Counted from the first letter of the stretch, positions 37,848 through 48,020 are shown. The stretch is 64,000 bases of DNA from Candidatus Krumholzibacteriia bacterium (GCA_041484665.1 JBGPIA010000001.1:256001-320000), one strand, 5' to 3'. Numbers and translations are program-made. Notes: generated from the sequence alone by a model not told the origin.

Positions 37848-38435
37848 TCAGAAGTAATAGAACGCGGCGATCTGCGGTAGCGGGTAGATGTCGCCGGTGT
37901 CGCCCTTACGCGTGAAGCCCACGTCCGCCTTGAGCGCCATCCGCCGCGCGATCAGGTGCTCGAAGCCGACGCCCGCCGAGACATTCCAATTGCTCCCGCC
38001 GCCGTTGCCGTCGTGGTAGACGGCTAGCGCCGGGCCCACGAACAGACGCGTCCGCACGGCCTGGCGCAATACGAGATGCAGCTCTAGCCCGAGGTTCCAG
38101 TCCGATTTGCCGTTCTGCCGCCAGATCCCTCCGGCGAGCGTGGCCATCGTCTGCGGCAGCGCCGGCCACCGCATCGCCAATCCGGTCCCGCTGGTGAGGC
38201 CGGCTGCCAGCCCGACCGCCGCCACGTACGGATCGTGGTCCTGGTTCCAGTTGGGGGAGCGCTGGGCCGACGCGGCGGCGGGCGCCAGCAGCAGCGCCAC
38301 CGTGGCCAAGACGGCCGAGACAGCGCGGACCGCCGCGGTCGCGGCTGCGATCGCACTGGTTGCGGTGGCGAGTATGGCCGCGGCGCGCTGCGCCTCTTCC
38401 GACAGGATCGCGCACCGATGCGCAGGCGAGACCAT
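37848..38435 (-). CDS. Small outer-membrane beta-barrel-like protein
   Basis: GGAGG SD; long Ala-rich signal; beta strands ending AAFYYF. Confidence 0.6.
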   Translation of the reverse strand: MVSPAHRCAILSEEAQRAAAILATATSAIAAATAAVRAVSAVLATVALLLAPAAASAQRSPNWNQDHDPYVAAVGLAAGLTSGTGLAMRWPALPQTMATLAGGIWRQNGKSDWNLGLELHLVLRQAVRTRLFVGPALAVYHDGNGGGSNWNVSAGVGFEHLIARRMALKADVGFTRKGDTGDIYPLPQIAAFYYF

Positions 38436-38485
38436 GGAGCACACCTCCCCCCTGCCGCGCAGCCTAGCGACGGTCGCTCGAGCGA

Positions 38486-39427
38486 TCAACCAGGGGCCTG
38501 GGTGGCGGCACCGCCGCCAGCCTCCTCCTCGTCAAGCAGCGCCATGCCGCGCAGCCGCGGAAGGTCCACCAGCCACGGCGTACGAGGCCGCGGCCCCTGC
38601 AGGGGCAGCCGCCACAGCTCCCCCGCGTGGGTGGCCAGTAGGAGATGGGTGCCGTCGAACTCCACACCGGCTGCCTCCTGCCACAGCGGTCCTGCAACGG
38701 CGCTCCCGGCGGCCGCCAGGGCCGCCGCGGGCAAGCCGCGCTGTCCGGTCCGCAGGGAGAGGACCGCCGCTGCAGCGGGCACCTGACGGCGCGCTGCCGG
38801 CCCGTCCGGGCTGGCAAGGTGGAAGGGACCCTCCCCGGTGGCGACCCAGAATCCGCCCTCCAGACCCGGATCCCGACCGACGGCCTGGACGTCCCGGGGC
38901 AGCCCTCCGGGCTCGCCGGCCGGTGCCACGCCTCGCCACTCATGGCCGTCCCATCGCCACAGCCCGCCTGGCGTCACAGCCGCCAGCAGGCCACCCTCCC
39001 CATCCTCGCAGAGAGAGCTCACGCGGCTCGCGCTCTCGCCGTCGAGTGCCGGCCCCGCGGCAGCCGCGGGCCCGGGGCCGAGCCGGCCGAGTTCGCCCCA
39101 CGCCTCGCCGGCGGCCAGCATCCACACCGCCGCTGGCCGTGTCCCCACCAAGACGCGGCCATCGGCCAGCGGCAGGACCGTGACCGGCTCTCGATCGGGC
39201 ACGGGCCAGCGTGCCGTCTCGCGCCACATCATGGCGCCGCCGTCCCAGATGAAAACTCGTCCAGCCTCGGCCAGCGCGCAGGCGAAGTTGCCCGCGGCGC
39301 CCAGCGCCGCGATGGACTCGCGGGGTGCGTCCACGGTCAGCGCGCTCATCGCGGCCTCGCCGGCCGGCGGCGGCCACGCGGTGCGCCAGATGCCCCGCGC
39401 GGTGGCCAGCACCAGATTCCCGTTCAT
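38486..39427 (-). CDS. Beta-propeller (BNR/WD40-like) hypothetical protein
   Basis: LVLATARGIW, VLVGTRPAAVW, FWVATGEG and LLLATHAGELW repeats. Confidence 0.6.
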   Translation of the reverse strand: MNGNLVLATARGIWRTAWPPPAGEAAMSALTVDAPRESIAALGAAGNFACALAEAGRVFIWDGGAMMWRETARWPVPDREPVTVLPLADGRVLVGTRPAAVWMLAAGEAWGELGRLGPGPAAAAGPALDGESASRVSSLCEDGEGGLLAAVTPGGLWRWDGHEWRGVAPAGEPGGLPRDVQAVGRDPGLEGGFWVATGEGPFHLASPDGPAARRQVPAAAAVLSLRTGQRGLPAAALAAAGSAVAGPLWQEAAGVEFDGTHLLLATHAGELWRLPLQGPRPRTPWLVDLPRLRGMALLDEEEAGGGAATQAPG

Positions 39428-39501
39428 CGAGCCCCTCCCCTGCCTCGCGGCCGCCGCACCCACGCACCTCGCCGGCCCCGCAGCGTATGCCCTGCCTCGC
39501 C

Positions 39502-40032
39502 CTAGGTGGACCGCTCCCCCTGCGGCGCGCCGCCCGCCTGCCGCGCCTGGACCACCAGATCGTCGAGATGGTCGAAGAGGCGCACATTGGCGTGGATGGC
39601 GAGGACGGCCCTGAGCGCGGTCACGTAATTGAGCACGCACGCGCCCAGGGCCAGGATCAGATGGATCCAGCCGGGGAGCTTCCCGGTGTCGACGCCTCCG
39701 CCGACGATGAACGTCACCATGGTCACGAGCAGCGCCATGGTGGCCCACGGGAAGACCCTGGCCTTGAAACGGCGCGTGGGCGTGATCAGGTCCTCCCGCA
39801 CCCGGTGCTCGGCCACCAGCTCTTTCATCCGGACACCGGTCCCGATGAAGTAGAACATGGTCATCGAATGGGCGAACAGGATCACGATCGCGCCCGACAG
39901 CGCCAGCACGACGTGGGTCCGCGGCGAGACGGCGACGGGGAGCAGAGCATGGGCTGCAACGAGCCCTGCGACGGACGCCACGACGATGGCCACCACCGAC
40001 AATCCCTCGAGGACGATCAGGGCCAGGGCCAT
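39502..40032 (-). CDS. Four-TM membrane hypothetical protein
   Basis: Four hydrophobic helices containing His residues (HVVL, AHSM, IHLI). Confidence 0.7.
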   Translation of the reverse strand: MALALIVLEGLSVVAIVVASVAGLVAAHALLPVAVSPRTHVVLALSGAIVILFAHSMTMFYFIGTGVRMKELVAEHRVREDLITPTRRFKARVFPWATMALLVTMVTFIVGGGVDTGKLPGWIHLILALGACVLNYVTALRAVLAIHANVRLFDHLDDLVVQARQAGGAPQGERST

Positions 40033-40080
40033 GGCCGGACACTACGGCTGCGCGACCGGGTTGTCGAGCGGTCTGATGCG

Positions 40081-40485
40081 CTACTGCGAGCTCCCCGGCG
40101 CCGGTCCCGCCACCCCCAGCATGCCCAGCCCGAGCCGCCGGACATAGGTCAAGATCGAGTCGAGCTCGGCATCCGAGAGCCCAGGCACTCCCATCATCTT
40201 GCCCTTGCCGTGCACGACCACCTCGCGCAGCTGCGCATCACGGTTGAGCTGCTGGAAGATCGGATCGCGGAAGTCGATGCGCCGCTGCGCCTTCTCGCTG
40301 GCCGTACGGGAGCCGCCGTCGGCGTCGTGGCAGCGAGCGCACCGTACGAGGTAGATCCGTTCCGCGCTGGCCTTCGACAGATCCTCCCCATGACAGCCGT
40401 TGGTCAGAATACATCCACCGGCCAGGAGCGCGGCGAGGGCTCGCAGCGAAGCGAATGGGCGGCCGTTGCGTCGTCCCCCACTCAC
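40081..40485 (-). CDS. Class I monoheme cytochrome c (probable lipoprotein)
   Basis: IYLVRCARCH; distal GKGKMM; GTG 40485 with GGAGG. Confidence 0.8.
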   Translation of the reverse strand: MSGGRRNGRPFASLRALAALLAGGCILTNGCHGEDLSKASAERIYLVRCARCHDADGGSRTASEKAQRRIDFRDPIFQQLNRDAQLREVVVHGKGKMMGVPGLSDAELDSILTYVRRLGLGMLGVAGPAPGSSQ

Positions 40486-40507
40486 GAGCGCGCCCTCCGC
40501 GGGGCAC

Positions 40508-41947
40508 TCACGCCGCCGCTTCCAGGCGGCGCAGCTGCACCATGTTGGTCGCGCCGGCGAGCTGCATCGTGCCGCCCAACACCACCACCGTCTCGCCCGG
40601 CTGGGCCAGGCCACGCCGCAGCAGCTCGAGGTCGCCCAGCCGCAGCATGTCGTCGGTCGTCGGCGAGAAGCTCGTCTGGAACGGAATGACCCCGTGCAGC
40701 AGCGCCATGCGCCGGCACACCGCCGGGTCGGGGCACAACGCCACGATTGAGCAGCGCGGGTGGAGCTTGCTCATGATGCGCGCGGTGTTGCCGCTCAGCG
40801 TGTAGACCACGATGCGCCGCACTGCGGTCTGGGCCGCGACGCGCGCGGCCGCGGCGGCCATGGCGAACACGGCGGCATGATCCCCGCCGGGCTCGCGGTG
40901 GCGCGTGGGCAGGTAGAAGGGCGAGCCCTCCGCCTCGCGGGCGATCCGCGCCATCATCTCCACCGCCTTACGCGGGTACCTGCCCGAGGCCGTCTCGGCC
41001 GAGAGCATGACCGCGTCGGTCCCATCGAAGATGGCGTTGGCCACGTCGCTGGCCTCCGCGCGCGTGGGGCGCACGTTGTGCACCATCGACTCCAGCATCT
41101 GTGTGGCCGTGATCACCGGCAGGGCGCGCTCGCCCGCCTCGTGGATGAGGGCCTTCTGGACGCTGGGCACCCGCTCCGGGGGGATCTCCACACCCAGGTC
41201 GCCGCGCGCCACCATGATGCCGTCGGACTGCTCCAGGATCGCCGGCAGCGCGTCGAGCGCCTGCGGCTTCTCGATCTTGGCGATGATGGGCAGGTTGCCC
41301 CCCAGGCGGCGGATTTCACGCCGCAGCGCCGCCACGTCCTCGCCACTACGCACGAAGGAGAGCGCCACGTAATCCACTCCCAACCGCAGCCCGGCCGCTA
41401 GGTCGTCGAGATCCTTGGCGTCGTAGGCCGCCGCCGAGAGCGCGCGGCCCGGAACGTTGATACCCTTGCCGGGCAGGAGCGATCCGCCGGCCACGACGAC
41501 GCAGACGACCTCCCGTGTCGAAGGCACCGCGGTCACGCGCAGCTCCATCAGGCCGTCGTCCAGCAGCACCACGTCGCCTTGGAGCACGTCGCGCGGCAGG
41601 CCCTCGTAGGTGCAGGGGATGCGGCCGGCCACGCCCTCCACGTCGTCGGTGGTCAGGGTCAGCCGCTCGCCCTCACGCAGCACCAGCGGCCCACCACCCG
41701 CCAGGCGCCCGACGCGGATCTTGGGACCGCGCAAGTCCAAGAGCGTCGCCACCGACCGCCCGGCGGCCGCGCTCGCCGCGCGCACGCCGGCGATCGAGCG
41801 CTCGAAGAAGTCGTGATCGCCATGGCTGGCGTTGAGGCGTGCCACGTCCATGCCCGCCTCGACCAACGCGGCGATCTGGTCCGGGGTGGCACTCGCCGGC
41901 CCGAGCGTGGCAACGATCTTGGTGAAGCGCGGTGCGTCGGGTGTCAT
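40508..41947 (-). CDS. pyk: Pyruvate kinase
   Basis: TKIVATLGPAS; ARLNASHG; IIAKIE; MVARGDLGVE; ATQMLESM; PTRAEASDVAN. Confidence 0.97.
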   Translation of the reverse strand: MTPDAPRFTKIVATLGPASATPDQIAALVEAGMDVARLNASHGDHDFFERSIAGVRAASAAAGRSVATLLDLRGPKIRVGRLAGGGPLVLREGERLTLTTDDVEGVAGRIPCTYEGLPRDVLQGDVVLLDDGLMELRVTAVPSTREVVCVVVAGGSLLPGKGINVPGRALSAAAYDAKDLDDLAAGLRLGVDYVALSFVRSGEDVAALRREIRRLGGNLPIIAKIEKPQALDALPAILEQSDGIMVARGDLGVEIPPERVPSVQKALIHEAGERALPVITATQMLESMVHNVRPTRAEASDVANAIFDGTDAVMLSAETASGRYPRKAVEMMARIAREAEGSPFYLPTRHREPGGDHAAVFAMAAAAARVAAQTAVRRIVVYTLSGNTARIMSKLHPRCSIVALCPDPAVCRRMALLHGVIPFQTSFSPTTDDMLRLGDLELLRRGLAQPGETVVVLGGTMQLAGATNMVQLRRLEAAA

Positions 41948-41963
41948 GGGGCGGCGGCAGGCC

Positions 41964-42293
41964 TCAGTAGCGGGGCACCGCGGGGTCGATCTCGGCGGAC
42001 CAGCGGTCGATCCCGCCGGCGAGATTGCGCGCTGCGGCGAACCCGGCGGCGCGCAGCAGTTCGACGGCGAAGGAGCTGCGGCCGCCCAGATGGCAGAGCA
42101 CGACGATCTCGCGCCCACGGTCGAGCTGCTGCAGCCGTGCCGGCAACAGATGGAGCGGGATGTGCACCGACCCGGGCAGCGAGGCGATGCGCAGCTCCCT
42201 GCTCGTACGCACGTCGAGCAGCAGCGGCGCGTTTTCACTTCGCAAGCGCCGGGCCAGCTCGACCGGGGTGATGTCGAAGGGCACGTCGGTCAT
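41964..42293 (-). CDS. Rhodanese-like sulfurtransferase
   Basis: LLDVR; CHLGGRS; NLAGGIDRW...IDP.VPRY. Confidence 0.9.
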   Translation of the reverse strand: MTDVPFDITPVELARRLRSENAPLLLDVRTSRELRIASLPGSVHIPLHLLPARLQQLDRGREIVVLCHLGGRSSFAVELLRAAGFAAARNLAGGIDRWSAEIDPAVPRY

Positions 42294-42323
42294 GGCGCGG
42301 CGACAGTATGCCAGAAGAAGGCT

Positions 42324-42350
42324 ACGGGCGCCCCCGGCAAGGGCGCCCGT
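42324..42350 (-). terminator. Hairpin after nrdJ
   Basis: ACGGGCGCCC-N7-GGGCGCCCGT; pyrimidine-rich tail on the minus strand. Confidence 0.45.
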
Positions 42351-42374
42351 CCACTTCGCAGACTCGCGTTGGCC

Positions 42375-45179
42375 TCAGCTGCAGCCGCTGGTCACGCCGC
42401 AGTTGAGGCAGCGGTAGCAGCTCCCGTTGCGCACCATCACCGACCCGCACTCGTGGCAGGGCGGCGCGTCGCTCTGGAGCTGGAAGACCATCTTCTCGCG
42501 GGCCTTCACATGGCCTGCCTCCTTGGCCTGCTGTGCCGCCCCGTTGCCGTTGCCGGGCTTGGGCGTCGCGGGGGGCGGAGCGCCCGCGGGCGAGCCCTCC
42601 AACGACCCCCCGGGCAGGTCCCCGAAGGCCGCCGACGCCGCGGGCGGGGCAACGCTGGCCGGGAACTTCATGGCCAGCCAGCGGAAGATGTAGTCCATGA
42701 TGCTCTTGGCGATGGGGATCTTCGAGTTGCTGGTATAGCCGCTGGGCTCGAAGCGCGAGTGGCTGAACTTGTGCACGAGCACGTCCAGCGGCACGCCGTA
42801 CTGCAGCATGATGGACACGGCCGTGGCGAAGCTGTCCATCAAGCCGGAGATCGTGGATCCCTCCTTCGCCATGCGCACGAACAGCTCTCCAGGGCTGCCG
42901 TCCTCGTAGAGGCCCACGGTGATGTAGCCCTCGTGGCCGGCAATGGAGAACTTGTGCGTGATCGCCCGGCGCTCGTCGGGGAGATGGCGCCTGTAGGGCG
43001 CGATCGGATCGTCGCCTGCACGCCCCTTGCGCACCGCGTCGTCGGTCTTGCTGCGACCGGTGTTGAGCGGCTGCGTCCGCTTGCTGCCGTCGCGGTAGAT
43101 GGCGATGGACTTCAGCCCCAGCTTCCACGCCTCGACGTAGATCTCCGTGATGTCCTCGACGCTGGCGCCCTCTGGGACGTTCACCGTCTTGCTGATGGCA
43201 CCGCACAGGAACGGCTGGCAGGCCGCCATCATGCGCACGTGGCCCATGTGCTGGATGCTGCGCTTGCCGCTGACCGGCTTGAACGCGCAGTCGAAGACAT
43301 CCAGGTGCTCGGGCCTAAGGTCGGGAGCGCCCTCGATCGTCTCGTGGTCGTTGATCCAGGCTTCGGTGCGCTCGGCCTGCTCGCGGGTGTAGCCCAGCCG
43401 GGCGAGCGCCTCGGGCACGGTCCGGTTGACGATCTTGAGCAGCCCGCCCCCCACCAGCTTCTTGTACTTGATCAGGGCGATGTCCGGTTCGATGCCGGTG
43501 GTGTCGCAGTCCATCATGAAGCCGATGGTCCCCGTCGGCGCCAGCACCGTGACCTGGCTGTTGCGGTAGCCGTAGTCGACGCCCAGCGTGTAGGCCTCCT
43601 TCCAGGCCTCGCGCGCCGCGGACAAAAGCCGCGCCGGGACGCGGTGCGGGTTGATCTTCTCCAGGGCGTTCTTGTGCTTGCCGATCACGCCCAGCATCGA
43701 GTCGCGATTCTCCGGGTAGGCGGCGAACGGTCCGCTGCGGCCGGCGATCGTCGCGCTCTGACGGTAGGCCTCACCGCACATGAGGGCGGTGATGGCCGCG
43801 GCATAGTCGCGCCCCTCGTCGGAGTCGTAGGGCAGCCCCCGGCTCATGAGCAAGGCCCCCAGGTTGGCGTAGCCAAGCCCCAGCGGGCGGAAGCGGTGGC
43901 TGTTGTCGGCAATCTTCTCCCGCGGGTAGCTGGCGTTGTCGACGATGATCTCCTGCGCCAGGATGGCAACCGAGACGGCGTGGCGGAAGCCCTCCGGGTC
44001 GAACTCCAACTCGGCATCGCGAAACTTCATCAGATTCAAAGACGCCAGGTTGCACGCCGTGTCGTTGAGGAACATGTACTCGCTGCACGGATTGCTGGCG
44101 TAGATGCGGTCGGTGGCCTTGCAGGTGTGCCAGTCGTTGATCGTGGTGTCGTACTGCATGCCGGGGTCGCCGCAGACGTGGGCGCTGTCGGCGATCATCC
44201 GCATCAGGTCGCGGGCGCGATAGGTATCCACCACCTTGCCGCTGGTGACGGCTCGCGTCTGCCACTCCTTGTCCTCGATCACGGCGCGCATGAACTCGTC
44301 GGTGACGCGCACCGAGTTGTTGCCGTTCTGGAAGAAGACCGAGTTGTAGGCCGTCCCCAGGAAGCTGCCGTCGTAGCCCGCCTCGATGAGCGTCCAGGCC
44401 TTGCGCTCCTCCTCGACCTTGCAGTTGATGAAATCGACGACGTCGGGATGGTCGATGTTGAGGATCACCATCTTCGCCGCGCGGCGGGTCTTGCCCCCGC
44501 TCTTGATCACGCCGGCAAAGGCGTCGTAGCCCTTCATGAAGCTCACCGGGCCGCTGGCGATGCCGCCGGTGGAGAGCATCTCGCGGCTGCTGCGGATGGG
44601 CGACAGGTTCGTGCCCGTGCCCGAGCCCCACTTGAACAGCAGACCCTCCGTCTTGGCCAGATCAATGATCGACTCCATGGTGTCGCTCACGGAGTTGATG
44701 AAGCAGGCCGAGCACTGGGGCCGCTGCTCGACGCCCACGTTGAACCAGACGGGGCTGTTGAAGCTGAGCTTCTGGTGCAACAGCAGGTGGGAGAGCTCGT
44801 CGCGGAAGGCATCGCGGTCCTCGGGCGCGGCGAAGTAGCCGCCCTGCTCGCCCCACAGCACGATCGTGTCGATGACACGGCCGATCAGCTGGCGCGCGCT
44901 GGTCTCGCGGCCTGGCCGGCCCAGCCCGCCGCGGAAGTACTTGCTCACGACCACATTGGTCGCCAGCTGGCTCCAGGTCGAAGGGACCTCCACGTCCTTC
45001 TGCTCGAAGAGCACCTCACCCTTCTCGTCAGCGATCGTCGCCGTCCGTAGCTCCCACTCGACCGTATCGAACGGAGGCACTCCCGGCCGGGTGAATCGCC
45101 GCGCCACCCGGATCCCCTTCCCGTAGACAGCCGTGCTCGCGGCCGGAGGCGCCGCCGAAGTCATCTCACGCTGGGTCAT
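42375..45179 (-). CDS. nrdJ: Class II (B12-dependent) ribonucleotide reductase with TSCPD and Zn-ribbon C-terminus
   Basis: FNSPVWFN; SACFI; GGKTRRAAKM; SNPCSEY; APTGTI; C-terminal CHECG...CLNCG.TSGCS. Confidence 0.96.
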   Translation of the reverse strand: MTQREMTSAAPPAASTAVYGKGIRVARRFTRPGVPPFDTVEWELRTATIADEKGEVLFEQKDVEVPSTWSQLATNVVVSKYFRGGLGRPGRETSARQLIGRVIDTIVLWGEQGGYFAAPEDRDAFRDELSHLLLHQKLSFNSPVWFNVGVEQRPQCSACFINSVSDTMESIIDLAKTEGLLFKWGSGTGTNLSPIRSSREMLSTGGIASGPVSFMKGYDAFAGVIKSGGKTRRAAKMVILNIDHPDVVDFINCKVEEERKAWTLIEAGYDGSFLGTAYNSVFFQNGNNSVRVTDEFMRAVIEDKEWQTRAVTSGKVVDTYRARDLMRMIADSAHVCGDPGMQYDTTINDWHTCKATDRIYASNPCSEYMFLNDTACNLASLNLMKFRDAELEFDPEGFRHAVSVAILAQEIIVDNASYPREKIADNSHRFRPLGLGYANLGALLMSRGLPYDSDEGRDYAAAITALMCGEAYRQSATIAGRSGPFAAYPENRDSMLGVIGKHKNALEKINPHRVPARLLSAAREAWKEAYTLGVDYGYRNSQVTVLAPTGTIGFMMDCDTTGIEPDIALIKYKKLVGGGLLKIVNRTVPEALARLGYTREQAERTEAWINDHETIEGAPDLRPEHLDVFDCAFKPVSGKRSIQHMGHVRMMAACQPFLCGAISKTVNVPEGASVEDITEIYVEAWKLGLKSIAIYRDGSKRTQPLNTGRSKTDDAVRKGRAGDDPIAPYRRHLPDERRAITHKFSIAGHEGYITVGLYEDGSPGELFVRMAKEGSTISGLMDSFATAVSIMLQYGVPLDVLVHKFSHSRFEPSGYTSNSKIPIAKSIMDYIFRWLAMKFPASVAPPAASAAFGDLPGGSLEGSPAGAPPPATPKPGNGNGAAQQAKEAGHVKAREKMVFQLQSDAPPCHECGSVMVRNGSCYRCLNCGVTSGCS

Positions 45180-45443
45180 CCTCGCTCCCCTTCCTCGTGC
45201 TCGGATCCCGGGCGTCCGCGCCCTGAGTGACTCGCGATGTCCTCCCCCGGAACCCGCCCTGGAACACGGGCGGCTGGCTGCCCCGGCGTGGGGCTCTGGC
45301 CCTTGCCTCTCCTGCGGTGCAGGCGCCCCCCTGGGGTGAGGCGCCTGCACGGCGGGAGGTTGCTGCGAGCCAGGGCTGTTGACCAGGAGGGCGAAGGCGC
45401 GGGCGAGCTGGGATCCTGGTGGGACAGCTTTTCGTTCCGAGGG

Positions 45444-45491
45444 CCCCAAGATCTTGGGCCTGGGCGCGCAACCTACCACAAGGGGTAGGGG
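45444..45491. promoter_or_regulatory. Tandem NrdR boxes overlapping the nrdJ promoter
   Basis: CCCCAAGATCTTGGGC (45444) and CCACAAGGGGTAGGGG (45476), starts 32 bp apart. The second box fills the spacer of minus-strand TTGACG-N16-TAGGTT (45497-45470). Confidence 0.65.
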
Positions 45492-45598
45492 CGTCAATCC
45501 GAAAAAGAGGAAGCCCAGCAAGTAGCGCAGGGGGAAGGAGATCCCGCGTTTCGGGTGGTTCGGGGGGCGGGCGCCGGCGCAATCGCGGGCGGCGCGCT

Positions 45599-46045
45599 CT
45601 AGCGCGACGGCGGCAGCGCGGCCAGTCGCGCGGCGCCGAAACGCTCGGCCAGGAACGCATCGACGCGCGCCATGATGTCGTCGCGCGTCATGGCGAAGAT
45701 CTCATCGAGCTCCTCGCTCCTGGCGCGCACGCCCACCGGATCGAGGATCGGCCAATGGAGGTGCTCCGCCGCCGGCGCGAAGGCCGCGCACGGCCTGCGG
45801 GCGCGATCGCTGAGGCTCACCACCACCTCGAACCCGGCCGGATCCAGTTCTGCCAGCGTCTTGCTCCACTGTCCCGTGATATCGACGCCGATGGCCGCCA
45901 TGGCCCTGACCGCGCGGGGATGGAGCCCCACCGCGATCAGGCCTGCGCTGTGCACGTCCACCCCGCGCGGTGCCCGTGCGCGGGCATAGCCCTCGGCCAT
46001 CTGGCTGCGGACGGCATTGGCGTAGCAGACGAACACGAGCTTCAT
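45599..46045 (-). CDS. arsC: Arsenate reductase / LMW-PTP family protein
   Basis: FVCYANAVRSQMAEG; HSAG; HWPILDP. Confidence 0.75.
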   Translation of the reverse strand: MKLVFVCYANAVRSQMAEGYARARAPRGVDVHSAGLIAVGLHPRAVRAMAAIGVDITGQWSKTLAELDPAGFEVVVSLSDRARRPCAAFAPAAEHLHWPILDPVGVRARSEELDEIFAMTRDDIMARVDAFLAERFGAARLAALPPSR

Positions 46046-46878
46046 GCGCGCCCCTGAGCCTGCAGCTCGCTGAGATGCTCCCGGATGCGCGCCGCGTCGG
46101 GCGCGTCGGGCCAGCGGTCGAGGTAGTCGCGCAGGTCCGCGATGGCGGCTTCACGCCGCCCAGTGAGGCTGTAGAGCAGGCCCCGATCGCGCAGCTCGTC
46201 GGGCAGGTGCGGGTTGAGCAGCACGATGCGCTCAACGGCGGCGAGCGTGCGCTGGAAGTCGCCGCGGTGGTAGTACATCCCCTTCAGGTTGTGGAGCACG
46301 CGGGTCAGGATCGCCTTGTTGCCGACCGGCGCGATGTGCGCCGGCAGCAATTGCGCAGATGGGCCCTGCAGGCGCCGCAGGAGCTCCTCCAGATCGGAGC
46401 GCAGGAGCAGCTTGCCCTCGTGGAACGGATCGAGGAACACCGTGCCGAAGACGTCCTGGCAACGCACGAGGAAGTGGCCCGGGAAGCCCACGCCGCGCAC
46501 GCGCAGCGAGAGTCGTCGCGCGACCTCCATGTAGAGGATCGAGAGCGTGATGGGGATTCCCACGCGGCGCTGCAGCACCAGGTGCATCATGCAGTTGTCC
46601 GGATCATCGTAGTGCTCGCTGTCGCCGCGGAAGCCCAGCTCGTCGAACAGGATCCTGTTGATGGCGTAGACCGCGTTGTGGGAACCGCCGCCGGGCGTGA
46701 TGCGGCCGCGCAGGCGCGCCGCGATTGCGTCCACCGCGTGCACCCAATGCGCGACGGAGAGCGCCGGATGGTCCTCCTTGGCCAGGAGCAGGCAGGCGGC
46801 GAGCAGGTCGATGTCCTTGTCGGCCAGCTGCACCATCGCAGTGAAGCGGATCCGGGCGTCGTTGGTCGGCACGGTCAC
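46042..46878 (-). CDS. SirB1-like transglutaminase-core + TPR protein
   Basis: LGFRGD...Y.DP.N; GIPITLS; GVGFPGHF; ELRDRGL. Confidence 0.88.
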   Translation of the reverse strand: MTVPTNDARIRFTAMVQLADKDIDLLAACLLLAKEDHPALSVAHWVHAVDAIAARLRGRITPGGGSHNAVYAINRILFDELGFRGDSEHYDDPDNCMMHLVLQRRVGIPITLSILYMEVARRLSLRVRGVGFPGHFLVRCQDVFGTVFLDPFHEGKLLLRSDLEELLRRLQGPSAQLLPAHIAPVGNKAILTRVLHNLKGMYYHRGDFQRTLAAVERIVLLNPHLPDELRDRGLLYSLTGRREAAIADLRDYLDRWPDAPDAARIREHLSELQAQGRA

Positions 46879-46950
46879 GCGTCCCTTTGTCGCACTGTCG
46901 CAGCCGCCGCGCCGCTCGCGCGCCGGCGATCACCGCGAGCTAATCTTATT

Positions 46951-47895
46951 CTACCGCGCCGGCCGCCCTGCGTCTGCCGCCGCCTGTGCCGCGGAAGGAG
47001 CCGCCGGCGACGTCCGCCACAGCTCCACCAGCAGGATCGCCGCGAGGATGATCGCCGCGCCCAGCGTTTGCCTTGCCGTGAGCGTCTCGCGCAGGATGGC
47101 GAATGCGAACGCGGTGGCGAAGACAGGCTCCAGCGCGAAGATCAGCGCGGCCCGCTGGGGCGTGGTCTGCCCTTGGTAGCGGGTCTGCAACCAGAAGGTG
47201 CCCACCGTGGCCGGCACCGCGCACACCAGCACCGCGACCCACAGCGCCGCGCTCCAGCTCCCCGGGGGCCGCCAGTGGTCGCTGCGCCCTGTCAGCACCG
47301 GCGCCAGCGCGCACAGCCCAACGCCCAGCACCTGCAGGAACGCCAAGGCGTCGACATCGGGGCCGCGACGCAGCGTCCGTTGCAACAGGTGGATGTAGAC
47401 GGCGAACGTGACAGCGCAGGACAGGATCCAGAGGTCGCCCGTCTGCAGACGGCCTGCAGCGCCCGGCTGCTGGGGCTGCGTCAGCACGAACATCCCCACG
47501 GTGGCCAGGGCCGCCCCGGCGATGTCCAGGCGCGAGGGCCGCCCGGCGCGGAACAACGGCGCGAGTACGGGCACCAGGATCACGTTGAGGCCGGTGAGGA
47601 ACGCCGCCCGGCCGGCCGGGACCGTCTGCAGGCCGATGGTCTGGGCCAGATAGCACAGGTAGCTCAGAGCTCCCAGCCAAAGGCCGCTCCATAGGACCGC
47701 CCGCAGCGCGCGGCGGGCGCGGGCGCGCAGGAACACGATCGGCAGGAACGCCAGCGTGGCGGCGCAGAAGCGCGCGGCCACGAACTGCAGGGGCGCGACC
47801 TCCCGCAGGGCCAGGCGCAGCAGTGGAAACGTGAGCCCCCAGACCAGGGTCACCAGGACCAGCGCGAGGTCGGCGCGGCGTTGGCGGTCCGGCAG
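46951..47895 (-). CDS. DMT/EamA family transporter
   Basis: LVWGLTF; QTIGLQ...AAFLTGL; LIFALEPVFA. Probable CTG start at 47895 (GTG 47853 is the alternative). Confidence 0.85.
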   Translation of the reverse strand: MPDRQRRADLALVLVTLVWGLTFPLLRLALREVAPLQFVAARFCAATLAFLPIVFLRARARRALRAVLWSGLWLGALSYLCYLAQTIGLQTVPAGRAAFLTGLNVILVPVLAPLFRAGRPSRLDIAGAALATVGMFVLTQPQQPGAAGRLQTGDLWILSCAVTFAVYIHLLQRTLRRGPDVDALAFLQVLGVGLCALAPVLTGRSDHWRPPGSWSAALWVAVLVCAVPATVGTFWLQTRYQGQTTPQRAALIFALEPVFATAFAFAILRETLTARQTLGAAIILAAILLVELWRTSPAAPSAAQAAADAGRPAR

Positions 47896-48020
47896 GGCGT
47901 TTCCTTCCTTAGCGGGGCGCCCCCGGTGGTAGAGTCTCGCCCCGGCCGCGCAACTCTAGTCGCGAGCGGGCGGCGACGCCAGGCTCCGCGCGGGGCTTTC
48001 CAGCACGGGGGTGCCGGACC

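Noticed and set aside
42375..45179. Intein or intron in nrdJ
   Set aside because: Length is typical, conserved motifs are contiguous, and I saw no splice-junction or LAGLIDADG motifs.
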